Shown: positions 11,264 to 20,565 of the stretch, piece after piece
Layout of the letters: each line of letters starts with the position of its first letter
Position numbering within the stretch: position 1 is the first letter of the stretch
Assembly (NCBI RefSeq): GCF_002105155.1
Contig: NW_019029016.1
Location: forward strand, 248,001-312,000
DNA: 64,000 nucleotides
Direction: 5' to 3'
Source of the DNA: Lobosporangium transversale
Taxonomy: Eukaryota
Program-made: the position numbers and the translations under genes
The notes under the pieces: generated by a model
What the model was told of the DNA's origin: nothing
Database searches by the model: none
What the model saw: only the letters and a program-made list of their open reading frames with translations

Positions 11264-12728
11264 CACTAACATGCAAAACTGAATAATTCATTCTCATGTG
11301 CATTTCTTTTTTTTCATTCCCAGAAACTGTATATGCATACACCACTCATACTTTGCTTTAATAAAGCTCCCGTCTTCTTCTACGTCGTAGTTATGCGTTG
11401 TGACATTGGCTTGTCTCATTTGGAAAGCTAATGACTTTTTTGTCCATTCAGGTCACTTTCAGTTTTGCATGTGCTCATTCGGTGGCCAAAGATCTTTATT
11501 CTTTTGTGAGCCATAACCTTACATCAATAAAGAGTATTCCAACCATGGGCATCACTGACAGCTTGGAGTCTCTTATGGATACCTATGATGAGTTTGCGGC
11601 AGAAGTCCACTGGGATCCTGTACCATTCAACCGATATTCGCTCCCATAGTTCATCACAGCTCTTAGCTCGCTCCGGATACCTAGAGAGCCGCCTATCCAA
11701 TTCTGCGCACATGTCATCAAGCGACATCTGTAGATCCTCCTGGAGTAGTTTGATGTAAAGTTGTGCGTCCATATTATTGTCAATCTTTGCAATGTATCCA
11801 GGTCCGTACCATGAGAAGCATGACCACACTTTAACGTTACCACCTCCAAACTTGACAGTGCCTTACACCGACCTGCGAGTGAGGCGTCTCGGAGTGTCGT
11901 CCCAGATCCACTGCACGCCATCAGAGCAGATTCGGCTTGTTTTCGATTCATCTGACCAAATAACCTTTTTCCAATCTTCCAGAGTCCATTCCTTATACTA
12001 ATTGATAAAATGCAAACGAGCTTTAATATGTCGTCGACGTAAAGCTGGCTTACGTACACGCCTCTTTGCTGTCAATCCTAACTCCTTGAGCCGTCGTCTA
12101 ACGGTGGTCTCAGAAACAGCCGCTGGTATGAGCTGGTTGGCTCTGATGGTGGCCTCAACTGCAGACTTGAGTGTACCTCGTTTCATGTCCACCTTAAGAT
12201 ACTGTATGATATCTCTAGGTACTTTCCTTGGTCGACCGCCTTTATTGACTGGCATGTACTCCTTATTCTTTGCATAGATCTTGTTGGTCGTCCCTTGCGA
12301 TATACCGACACTAGCAGCAGCTTCTCTAGTAGACATGCCTTCCATCATTAACCTCCTAGCGTCGTTGACCTTCCTTTGTGGAGTTGGTCTCATATTCTGT
12401 GAGGGTATAGTTAAGAGGGAGTTAAGTAAGTGTCCATAAAGTAAAGAGAGAAAAGCCCTTCTTTTACTTGCATTATATGACGTTCAGAAGTTGTCATGGG
12501 CAACATTTTAGACCACATGCAAAACTGAAAAAGTGATCTGAATGGACAAAAAAGTCATTAGCTTTCCAAATGAGACAAGCCAATGTCACAACGCATAACT
12601 ACGACGTAGAAGAAGACGGGAGCTTTATTAAAGCAAAGTATGAGTGGTGTATGCATATACAGTTTCTGGGAATGAAAAAAAGAAATGCACATGGGAATGA
12701 ATTATTTATTCAGTTTTGCATGTTAGTG
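11264..12728 (-). mobile_element. Tc1/mariner DNA transposon with ~210-bp TIRs, defective
   Basis: TA|CACTAACATGCAAAACTG...CAGTTTTGCATGTTAGTG|TA. TIRs at 11264-11473 and 12514-12728. Confidence 0.93.
11524..12393 (-). pseudogene. Tc1 transposase pseudogene
   Basis: HTH with GGRPRK, TVRRRL, WSDESKT, VKFGGG, VWSCFS. The QDND...SPDLNPIE catalytic segment is deleted, and there is a frameshift near 12000. Confidence 0.85.
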
Positions 12729-12871
12729 TATTACTAGACGGGCGACCCGTGGCTTCGCTCACGGTCGCTCCAGTCTAGCCTTTGTCTCGTGAGGCTCATT
12801 TACCCTCGTTGGGGTTCCAACACAAAATTGAACGTTTTTGACACAAAGGTTTCTTTTTTATTTATTAGGTA

Positions 12872-13715
12872 TTAAATATTAAAGTCTTTTTTTTTATTGA
12901 CATTTTGTTGTTCTTCAAACAAAAGAGTTTCAGTGTCGGCTCGCTTTTTCAATAGATCATATAAACCGGCATGGAAACGAAAATTTTGGGCAGCCCACGG
13001 GGCGGTAGCATCGGTGCCTCTCGGCGTGCTTACTGTTTCTTCAAGTGAAAGCGAATGAACAGAGAGTTGGTCTTCCCGATCTGATTGATGGGCGGGGCGT
13101 GTAGGAGAGAGCGGTCGAGAGTGAAGGGGAGAGCGAGAGCGAGAGCGAGGAGGATGTGGGGATTTTTGGCGTGGGGAAGATGGCTTTAGGAGGGTTTGGC
13201 AACGGGAAGATGGCTGTAAAGGACTCTGGTGGGAGGAAGAAGAATGCGTGGGAGATAGGTTCCTGGGGGGGGGGTCTGGCGGCGTCGCTTGCTTTGATCG
13301 TCGTGTTGTTCCTGGTCATCGTCGTCCCAATTAAGCGAACGCTTTTGAGATTGGGGAATTGTATCAAGGCTATCATCATCACATGACTGATTGAAAAAAA
13401 AAAAAAAAAAAAAAAAAATTATTACTTTGTCTAGTCTTCACGTACAACCATATGACTATGATAGAGGCTGCCTTTACCTGGGAAGCAGGAGGGGATTGGT
13501 CGATTGAGGAGGATGAGGGCGAAAGTATTGTCTAAAAGAACGATACCAAGTTCTCCTTAGTGTTAGTCAATTATAACTCTGATTCTCTGTTGATATCCAA
13601 GACTCAAAGTTTAATAGAAACTTACTTCACTGGTATTTGGGGTCAATAGAGGTGCTTTTATAGAGACCGTCTGACGACCTTGAGAAGTCTTGGTGATGGT
13701 GGAGGTAGAAGACAT
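12872..13715 (-). CDS. Three-exon accessory gene inside the Helitron, downstream of the helicase (S/P/R-rich, KRRR); needs one extra base in a G10 run
   Basis: Exons 13715-13626 (90 nt), 13531-13478 (54 nt) and 13386-12872, with GT-AG phase-0 introns and a CTAAC branch point. Confidence 0.5.
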
Positions 13716-13807
13716 AATGTATGAATGTACGTGTGTGAGAGCGAATGAGTGTGTGTGGTGTGTGAATTTTTTTTTTGTGTCATTTTGTAAAACGTGGTAG
13801 AATAAAT

Positions 13808-14191
13808 TTAGAGACCAAAGACCTCATGGTACACAATATTCCTCGTGTATGTACAAAAATTATTTGAATCATTTTTGATGCGAATCTTCAGCTGCTTGGG
13901 GTCTGAGCAGCGTGAGAGAGCCACATAAAGCTGCCCATGACCATGGCCAAAAACGGGTCGTGGAAGGTATACGCCAACATTCTGAAGAGTCTGCCCCTGA
14001 GCCTTGGCGAAGGCAGGTCTTAGGGGAAACTGGCGCCGCTGAAATATGACGGGAGATGATCCATCATCAGTTGCACTGATATTGAGCCGTGGGATGTAGT
14101 GGCGTATGCTCTTAAATTTTCCCGCCATTATTTCAGCTTCGATGACTTTGTTCCCAAGTTTACGCACAATGAGGCGCGTACCGTTACAGAG
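13808..14191 (-). pseudogene. Helitron Pif1-like helicase C-terminus
   Basis: LCNGTRLIV, RRQFPLRPAFA, KAQGQTL, GQLYVALSR. Joins ...PMEGLC at 20566 across the Gypsy-2 insertion. Confidence 0.9.
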
Positions 14192-14404
14192 TGTAAATAG
14201 TAACAATCAAAGGTGATCTTAGGTGGAATCGAAGGTCAAAGGATACTTTATTTGGCTATAACGTAGTGGACTATTTATACTGATAATTGATAGGGTTGGG
14301 GCTTGGTGTCTTGGCACTTGGGCTTGGCCTCTTGGCGCCTGGGGTGCGCGTGATAGTTGAGCCCTCCTCAAAGGTTTGAGTCAGTATTGTATAACACGTT
14401 TGCA
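14192..14404 (-). repeat. 3' LTR of Gypsy-2
   Basis: Direct repeat of 20353-20565; no differences found by eye. Confidence 0.97.
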
Positions 14405-14696
14405 TCCTTCCCGTCAAAAATGAAGGAGATCATAAATCGAAGAAGAAAAGAGAAAAAAAAAAAAAAAATTGATGGAAATAAAGAAAACGAAGAGAAGAGA
14501 GGAGAAATAAATAAAATAATAAATAAAAAAAAAAATTGATGTGGTGATGTCTGATTGGTTAAAATTACTGGTCATGCGGTTCATGCAGATCATGTGGATG
14601 AGGATGGGTGAATGAGTGGCGATGGAGTTGGTGAGTTCGTGTTGCATTCTTTCCTCATTCCTCTTTGCTTATTTCAAAAAAAGGAAAAAAGTCTCC

Positions 14697-15341
14697 ATGA
14701 TGTCTTCACGCAAGGCTTCTCATCCAATGCCACCGCGTAAAGGTCGTGCTCCTTCTGGTGGCGTGTTTTCTGAAGTTGTATTGACACAGCGGTCGGCGGT
14801 ACCAAGCTCCCAGGGTTCTTCAGATGACCCTGACGCCACACAGCCTTATTCTGTGCCTCAGGAGGAAGAGCTAGATACGAGGTTGGAATTGTCTCCACGT
14901 CTTTCACCTGTAATCTTGGGGCGGATGCTACCGAAGGAGGAGTATCCTGAGGTGGGCGATTCGCCAACTGTGAGGGAAGCCAGAGATCATGTGGAGTCGA
15001 GTACTTCAGCGACGTCGGGAGTGGAGGGGGCTGGGGTCCGTTTGGCTTCTGTAAGTTCGACGAGTGACAATGCACAGTGGGAAGCTGTTGATGGAGAGGA
15101 TGGTCCTGAGGAGCCGGAGAGGCGACGGAAGAGGAGTCGTCATGAGGGACCGAGGCTGTCGATGATAAGAGAGTGTTCTTCGCTGATAGCGTTTGAGTTT
15201 CGTGCATTGCAGACCCAGGATGTGAGTGTAGAAGAGCGAGCACGGGAACGTCGTCGATTGATGGAGGAAATGGTTGTTACCATGCTGGAGTGGGCAGAGA
15301 AGGGAGGTAAAAGGAAGAGAGGAAGAGAGGAAAGGAGATAG
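14697..15341 (+). CDS. Antisense accessory ORF within Gypsy-2 (Ser/acidic-rich, RRRKRSR and KRKR basic motifs, helical C-terminus)
   Basis: ATG 14697 (MMSSRK), 214 codons, convergent with pol, located between the chromodomain and the 3' LTR of an intact element. Confidence 0.6.
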   Translation: MMSSRKASHPMPPRKGRAPSGGVFSEVVLTQRSAVPSSQGSSDDPDATQPYSVPQEEELDTRLELSPRLSPVILGRMLPKEEYPEVGDSPTVREARDHVESSTSATSGVEGAGVRLASVSSTSDNAQWEAVDGEDGPEEPERRRKRSRHEGPRLSMIRECSSLIAFEFRALQTQDVSVEERARERRRLMEEMVVTMLEWAEKGGKRKRGREERR

Positions 15342-15411
15342 TAAAAGAAGAAAGGAAGAGAGAAGAGAAGAAAAATAAAGAAAAAAGAAACAGAGAAAAA
15401 TAATTTTGGTG

Positions 15412-18400
15412 TTACTGTTGCATTTTTTGAAATTCCTCCAGTGCTTCTTTTGCATTAACTAGTGAGGATCTCCGTTCCCATGTTGCTTCTTCGTCAGGAT
15501 ATCCCTTCCATTTCACGAGCCACTTGGGGGTTCTGCCAAATAGTTTGTAATCCAGAATCTTTTCCACTTCATATTCTTCTTCGCCATCGACTAAATCTGG
15601 TGGGGGTCTGGCAGGTGCTCGTTCGCCGAAATTCTCCGGGGATTCGTGATAATGTCGTAATAAATCTGTATTGAAGACAGGGTGTTGTTTCATGTTCGGA
15701 GGTAGCTCGAGCTTGTACGCGTTGTCGTTGATCTTCTCTATGATTTTGAATGGTCCAATGAATTTTGGTTCTAACTTTTTGGAGGGTCGGTTTGCGTGAG
15801 CTGCGACAGTGATATGCTCCGTACTCAGTAAGACACTATCGCCTACAGTGAACCTGGCGGGTGATCGTGCTTTATCTGCTTGGCGTTTTTGGATGTCCTG
15901 AGCTGTCGCTATTGCGTCTTGTGCTTGCGCCAACGCAGAGGCTTGAGTGGAAATGAAGGTAGAGATAGCCGGTACATCTGTTGTTGGTGGTTTCAAGAGG
16001 GATGATGGGACAATGGGATGATGACCGTGGTTTAGGAAAAAGGGGGAAAACCCTGTGGAGGGGTTGACGGAGTTGTTGTATGCAAATTCCATCATTGGTA
16101 AGAGCAAGTCCCAGTCATTCTGTTTGTACGAGACATAAGATCGTAGCATTTCCTCCAGGGTCCTGTTGGCTCGCTCCGTCTGTCCGTCTGTCTGAGGATG
16201 GAATGCTGTAGACATATGGAGTTTAGTTCCCATGAGCTTCATCAATGTGGTCCAGAAGTGTCCCGTGAATCTTGAGTCTCTGTCCGATACAATAGCTCGT
16301 GGCATGCCATGGAGTCGGAAGACATTATTGAAGAAGAGTCGCGCGATATCTGAAGCAGTGTCCGTTGTATGGCTAGGGCAGAAGTGGACTTGTTTGGATA
16401 ACTTGTCTACGAATACAGTTATGGCATTGAACCCTCGGTTCGTCTTGGGTAAAGGGCCAATGAAGTCCATGGTGACAGTTTCCCATCGTTCAAGAGGTAT
16501 ATCGAGAGGTTTGAATAATCCGGCAGGATGATGAAGCAGTGGTTTATTTCGCTGGCACTGTTCGCATGATGCAATGTAAGTCTTGGTGTCTCGGGCCATT
16601 CGTGGCCAAAAGAAAGTCCTTCGCATGGTTTCATATGTTTTCTCGAAGCCGAGGTGGCCAGCAATGGGAGAATCATGTGCATCATGAAGTAGGAGAGCGC
16701 GAATGTTAGGATCATTCGGGATACATAAACGTGTCTGTCCAGCGATGTTAATCCACAATAGGTCATCAGCAACAAAATAACGATCAGAGGGACTTGCCTC
16801 GCGGCAGCTTTCGTAAAGTGATCCTAACTTAAGGTCATATGGGTAACACTTTATCAGGCGCTGCCGTAAGCCTGGGTCCAAACTTATTTCTATGGAGTTA
16901 ATCTGCTCACTGGCGGGATCCTGCGCCTTGTGGTCAGGCCTCCTTGAGAGAGCGTCGGGGACGATGTTGTCTTTGCCTGGTTTGTACTTGAAGTTGAAGT
17001 CGTATTCTTGTAGGAGTTCCATCCATCTGGCCTGTCTCCGAGTCAGGTTTGGCTGGGTTGGAAAATGCTGCAATGTGGCATGGTCAGTATAGACAATAAA
17101 ATGAGATCCATCCAAATAGTATCGCCATGTTCTTAAGGCGTGGACGACAGCTAGTAATTCTTGCTCATGGGTTGGGTAGTTTCGTTCTGCAGAGCTCAAC
17201 TTTCGTGATGTAAAGGCGACAGGGCGCGATTCGCCCTTGTGATCTGTTTGGAACAAGACTGCACCAATGGCGAAACCTGATGCATCAGTTTCGACGGAAG
17301 TTGCTAGGGCAGGGTCAAAAATTCTGAGTACGGGTGCCATGGTGACTGCCTGCTTCAGTCTTTCAAAGGCCTCTTGGTGAGGCTTGCTCCAGTAGAATGT
17401 TGTAGTTGAGCCTAACAGATCAGTAAGGGGAAGCGCGATATCAGCATAGTGGTCGATGTATTGATGATAGAAGTTTGTTAATCCAAGGAACTGCATGACG
17501 TGGCGCTGTGTTGTGGGTGTTGGCCATTCTCTAACTGCCTTAACCAGTGCTCCGTTTGTTTTGAGTCCATCTTTGGATATAACATGGCCTAGGAACTCTG
17601 TCTCCTCTTGCATAAATGAACACTTGGAAAGCTTGCAAAAGAGGCCTGCCTTGCGTAGGAGCCTAAGAACGTTTCTGATGTCTTGTAGATGTTGCTCTTT
17701 GTTATCAGAATAAATCAGTATATCATCTAGGTAAACTACGGTGCATTTATCCAGCACAGGATCCAACACGTTGCGCATCATGGCTGAAAAGGCGGCAGGT
17801 GCGTTGGTGAGCCCGAAAGGGACGACGTTAAACTCATAGTGACCGTAGCGTGTTCGAAATGCCGTTTTATGTCGGTCGTCTGGATGAACGCGCATTTGAT
17901 GATATCCGGATAGTAAGTCGAGCTTTGTAAAAAATCGTGCTGTCCTGAAACGATCTATTAGCTCGTCGATTCTTGGTAGTGGATGGCGATTCTTACGGGT
18001 TATTTTGTTTAATCCTCTGTAGTCTACACACATCCTCAGTCCGCCATCCTTCTTTTTAACGAATAAAACTGGTGCTCCGTAGGGTGATGTACTTGGAGAG
18101 ATGAAGCCTTTGCGCAGTAGTTCTGTGAGTTGTGTTTTTAGTTCGTCTAATTCAGCAATTGATAAGCGAATGACTGGTCTTACAGGTGGATCGGTATTAT
18201 TTTCAGTCTCGATTCGCATGCTATCGCCACGATCCTGAGGGAGTCCGTCCGGTAGTGTGTCAGGAAAGAGGTCTGGAAATTCTACTTGGACAATTTGTTG
18301 AATCGATTCGGGTAGTGTTGAGTCTAGGTTTGTTGGTGGTGAAGTGGTTCTTACTTGGGCCAAGAATGTTGTCGTTTCGGGTTCTAATGCTAATGCAGCA

Positions 18401-19251
18401 AAGTTTATGGCAGAAAGGCAATTTTGACGAGCGGAGAAGGAGGTATGCCCTCGACATTCCCATAGTATGTGTTTACCATCGTGTTCAAAGTGTAAATCGT
18501 TAGTGCGCCAGTTGATTTGGGGATTGACTGCGGTTAGCCAAGGTTTCCCTAGGATGAGATCATATTTTTTCGAGGGGTAGATGATACTTTGAATCTTTTC
18601 ACCATAGGAACCACGTTCGAGGGTAACAGATGCGGTTCCTGGGGACATGACTGCTGTGCCATTCGGATGAATGATAGGGATAGGGTTCGCGTTGTCTATG
18701 ATAATGTTATGTTTTCTGCAAAATTTTGAACTCAATACATTTCCTTCTGCTCCACCATCAATGAGGATTCGCGCAGGGTGTCCGTTGACGGCCCCAATGA
18801 AGGTTAGTAGTCGTCTCGCATTGGTGTAGACAGCGGACAGGGATTGGAGGTGTGTGGCATGACGACGACGACGACGGGGTGGTTTACTAGCAAGGTGTTC
18901 GTGGGAAGTAGAGGGGGTAGGTGAATTTTCATTTGTGTCTTGGTTTGAAGATGGTTTGATTTCAGTGACAGATGACGCGGGATGGGAATCGGGGGAGAGG
19001 TGATTTAGGGAATCCGGAGGAATGGAAGTGGTGTGGTGCAAGGTGCTTTTAGAGGGTAGTGATAAGAGAGAGGATAGAGAAAATATGGGAGAGGAGCGAG
19101 AAGGCATAATCATGGATTTAGGAGAACTAGAGTTTTTATTACTGTTGTTACTACTTAAATCCATATGACTACGCCCTCTAGAGCCCAGGACTCGAGGGTT
19201 GGTGGTGAGAGCGAGGCTGGCCTGGTCTACAGCTCGCTCTCCTCTTTTCCC
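15412..19251 (-). CDS. Gypsy-2 pol (protease, RT, RNase H, integrase, chromodomain), entered by -1 frameshift
   Basis: LIDGGA, CVDYRGLN, YLDD, TDASG, HxxxxxxH..CEQC, SDRD, FIGPF, YEVEKIL...LVKWKGY. The frame is open from the slippery site at 19245-19251. Confidence 0.95.
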   Translation of the reverse strand, partial: GKRGERAVDQASLALTTNPRVLGSRGRSHMDLSSNNSNKNSSSPKSMIMPSRSSPIFSLSSLLSLPSKSTLHHTTSIPPDSLNHLSPDSHPASSVTEIKPSSNQDTNENSPTPSTSHEHLASKPPRRRRRHATHLQSLSAVYTNARRLLTFIGAVNGHPARILIDGGAEGNVLSSKFCRKHNIIIDNANPIPIIHPNGTAVMSPGTASVTLERGSYGEKIQSIIYPSKKYDLILGKPWLTAVNPQINWRTNDLHFEHDGKHILWECRGHTSFSARQNCLSAINFAALALEPETTTFLAQVRTTSPPTNLDSTLPESIQQIVQVEFPDLFPDTLPDGLPQDRGDSMRIETENNTDPPVRPVIRLSIAELDELKTQLTELLRKGFISPSTSPYGAPVLFVKKKDGGLRMCVDYRGLNKITRKNRHPLPRIDELIDRFRTARFFTKLDLLSGYHQMRVHPDDRHKTAFRTRYGHYEFNVVPFGLTNAPAAFSAMMRNVLDPVLDKCTVVYLDDILIYSDNKEQHLQDIRNVLRLLRKAGLFCKLSKCSFMQEETEFLGHVISKDGLKTNGALVKAVREWPTPTTQRHVMQFLGLTNFYHQYIDHYADIALPLTDLLGSTTTFYWSKPHQEAFERLKQAVTMAPVLRIFDPALATSVETDASGFAIGAVLFQTDHKGESRPVAFTSRKLSSAERNYPTHEQELLAVVHALRTWRYYLDGSHFIVYTDHATLQHFPTQPNLTRRQARWMELLQEYDFNFKYKPGKDNIVPDALSRRPDHKAQDPASEQINSIEISLDPGLRQRLIKCYPYDLKLGSLYESCREASPSDRYFVADDLLWINIAGQTRLCIPNDPNIRALLLHDAHDSPIAGHLGFEKTYETMRRTFFWPRMARDTKTYIASCEQCQRNKPLLHHPAGLFKPLDIPLERWETVTMDFIGPLPKTNRGFNAITVFVDKLSKQVHFCPSHTTDTASDIARLFFNNVFRLHGMPRAIVSDRDSRFTGHFWTTLMKLMGTKLHMSTAFHPQTDGQTERANRTLEEMLRSYVSYKQNDWDLLLPMMEFAYNNSVNPSTGFSPFFLNHGHHPIVPSSLLKPPTTDVPAISTFISTQASALAQAQDAIATAQDIQKRQADKARSPARFTVGDSVLLSTEHITVAAHANRPSKKLEPKFIGPFKIIEKINDNAYKLELPPNMKQHPVFNTDLLRHYHESPENFGERAPARPPPDLVDGEEEYEVEKILDYKLFGRTPKWLVKWKGYPDEEATWERRSSLVNAKEALEEFQKMQQ
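19207..19251 (-). promoter_or_regulatory. Programmed -1 ribosomal frameshift signal (G GGA AAA plus stem-loop)
   Basis: X XXY YYZ heptamer in the gag frame, followed by stem GAGAGCGAG/CTCGCTCTC enclosing the gag stop. Pol is in the -1 frame. Confidence 0.8.
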
Positions 19252-20198
19252 GAGTCGTCGTAGTCGTCTTGTTGTTCCAGGTTGTTCAAGTTCCTAGTCA
19301 CGCGGCAGTTCTTGGCCATGTGTCCCTTCTTTCTGCAGCGAAAGCAAGCGCCTGCGCGGCGCAGTTTTGTTCTGTCATTTTCGGTGAGCTTGGAGAGTGG
19401 TCTGTTGTTAGTCGAGGGGGGGCGATGGAAGTTCGCTAAGCCTGTGGAGTTTGTACTCTGTAGTAGGAAGTTATTGAACATCATCTGCATTGCGTCTAGG
19501 TCCATCGGGGTCGGTGTGGGTTGGCTTGTTTGGCTTGTCATGATGGGGGGTCTAGAGGAATGTAAAATGCTGTGGATCATCGTAGCCTGCTTGATGGCCT
19601 GGTTGAGAGTCTGAGGCTGGCGAAGGAGGACTTCCTTGCTTGTGTCTTCTACAAGGCCGTAGGTATAATGGAGGACAAGCCATGATTCCTCCAGTTTGGG
19701 TGTGAGGCGTTGGAGGCGGCGGAATTTGGCAGTGTATTCCGCTACTGAGGATTTACCTTGTTTTAATTGAACCAGTGCTTTCTGGGCTGAAGAAGCCGTG
19801 TCAGGGGGTGTGAAGTTTTCGATGAATTTACTTCGGAAAGTGTCCCATGGTGTATCAATTGTCATTTCCGAGTCTCGCCACCATGCCTTGGCGTCTCCTT
19901 TCAGGTTGACAACGGTATATCGGACCCAACGTGAGTGGTTAAGCTCCATGATCTCGAAGTACTCTTCTTGGTTCTCCAAGAAGTTGAGGACCGCGACAGC
20001 GTCGACGTTTCCCTCGTATGGTTCTGGTTTGGTAGGTTTTATCACAGCAGCCACCGTGCGGACATGGTCATTAAAGGCGGCAGCGCTAGAAGCACTATCC
20101 TGTCGGGATTCGAGGAAGGTTTGCACAGCGTTCTGCACGGATAGGCTGGTACTGGCATCAAGGTTAAGAGCTTTCAAGGAAGTGGTGAGGTTGTCCAT
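19227..20198 (-). CDS. Gypsy-2 gag
   Basis: LKGDAKAWW, LKQGKSSVAEYTAKF, PMDLD, CCHC knuckle CFRCRKKGHMAKNC. Confidence 0.95.
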   Translation of the reverse strand: MDNLTTSLKALNLDASTSLSVQNAVQTFLESRQDSASSAAAFNDHVRTVAAVIKPTKPEPYEGNVDAVAVLNFLENQEEYFEIMELNHSRWVRYTVVNLKGDAKAWWRDSEMTIDTPWDTFRSKFIENFTPPDTASSAQKALVQLKQGKSSVAEYTAKFRRLQRLTPKLEESWLVLHYTYGLVEDTSKEVLLRQPQTLNQAIKQATMIHSILHSSRPPIMTSQTSQPTPTPMDLDAMQMMFNNFLLQSTNSTGLANFHRPPSTNNRPLSKLTENDRTKLRRAGACFRCRKKGHMAKNCRVTRNLNNLEQQDDYDDSGKEESEL

Positions 20199-20320
20199 GG
20201 CAAAAAAAAAAAAAAAAAAAAAAAAAATCAAATGCAGGGGTAAATTTTTAAATTTTATCTAGGAAAATATCAGAGGGATCTAGGGAAAAATATCAGAGGG
20301 AAATATAAGCGGTTTCTGGC

Positions 20321-20352
20321 GGGGTCGGTGGTTCGATGAACCTTTGCTACCA
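20321..20352 (-). promoter_or_regulatory. Primer binding site, probably tRNA-iMet
   Basis: TGGTAGCAAAGG directly follows the 5' LTR. The plus strand GGGGTCGGTGGTTCGA...CCTTTGCTACCA resembles the 3' arm of initiator tRNA. Confidence 0.7.
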
Positions 20353-20565
20353 TGTAAATAGTAACAATCAAAGGTGATCTTAGGTGGAATCGAAGGTCAA
20401 AGGATACTTTATTTGGCTATAACGTAGTGGACTATTTATACTGATAATTGATAGGGTTGGGGCTTGGTGTCTTGGCACTTGGGCTTGGCCTCTTGGCGCC
20501 TGGGGTGCGCGTGATAGTTGAGCCCTCCTCAAAGGTTTGAGTCAGTATTGTATAACACGTTTGCA
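20353..20565 (-). repeat. 5' LTR of Gypsy-2
   Basis: Direct repeat of 14192-14404. Confidence 0.97.

Larger units (their letters stand above)
14192..20565 (-). mobile_element. Intact Ty3/Gypsy chromovirus-type LTR retrotransposon 2
   Basis: Identical 213-bp TG...CA LTRs, 5-bp TSD CAGAG (14187-14191, 20566-20570), PBS, PPT (14405-14415), open gag and pol. Confidence 0.97.

Noticed and set aside
20300..20352. tRNA gene ending in CCA
   Set aside because: Only a 3'-arm-like stretch abutting the LTR; explained as the primer binding site.
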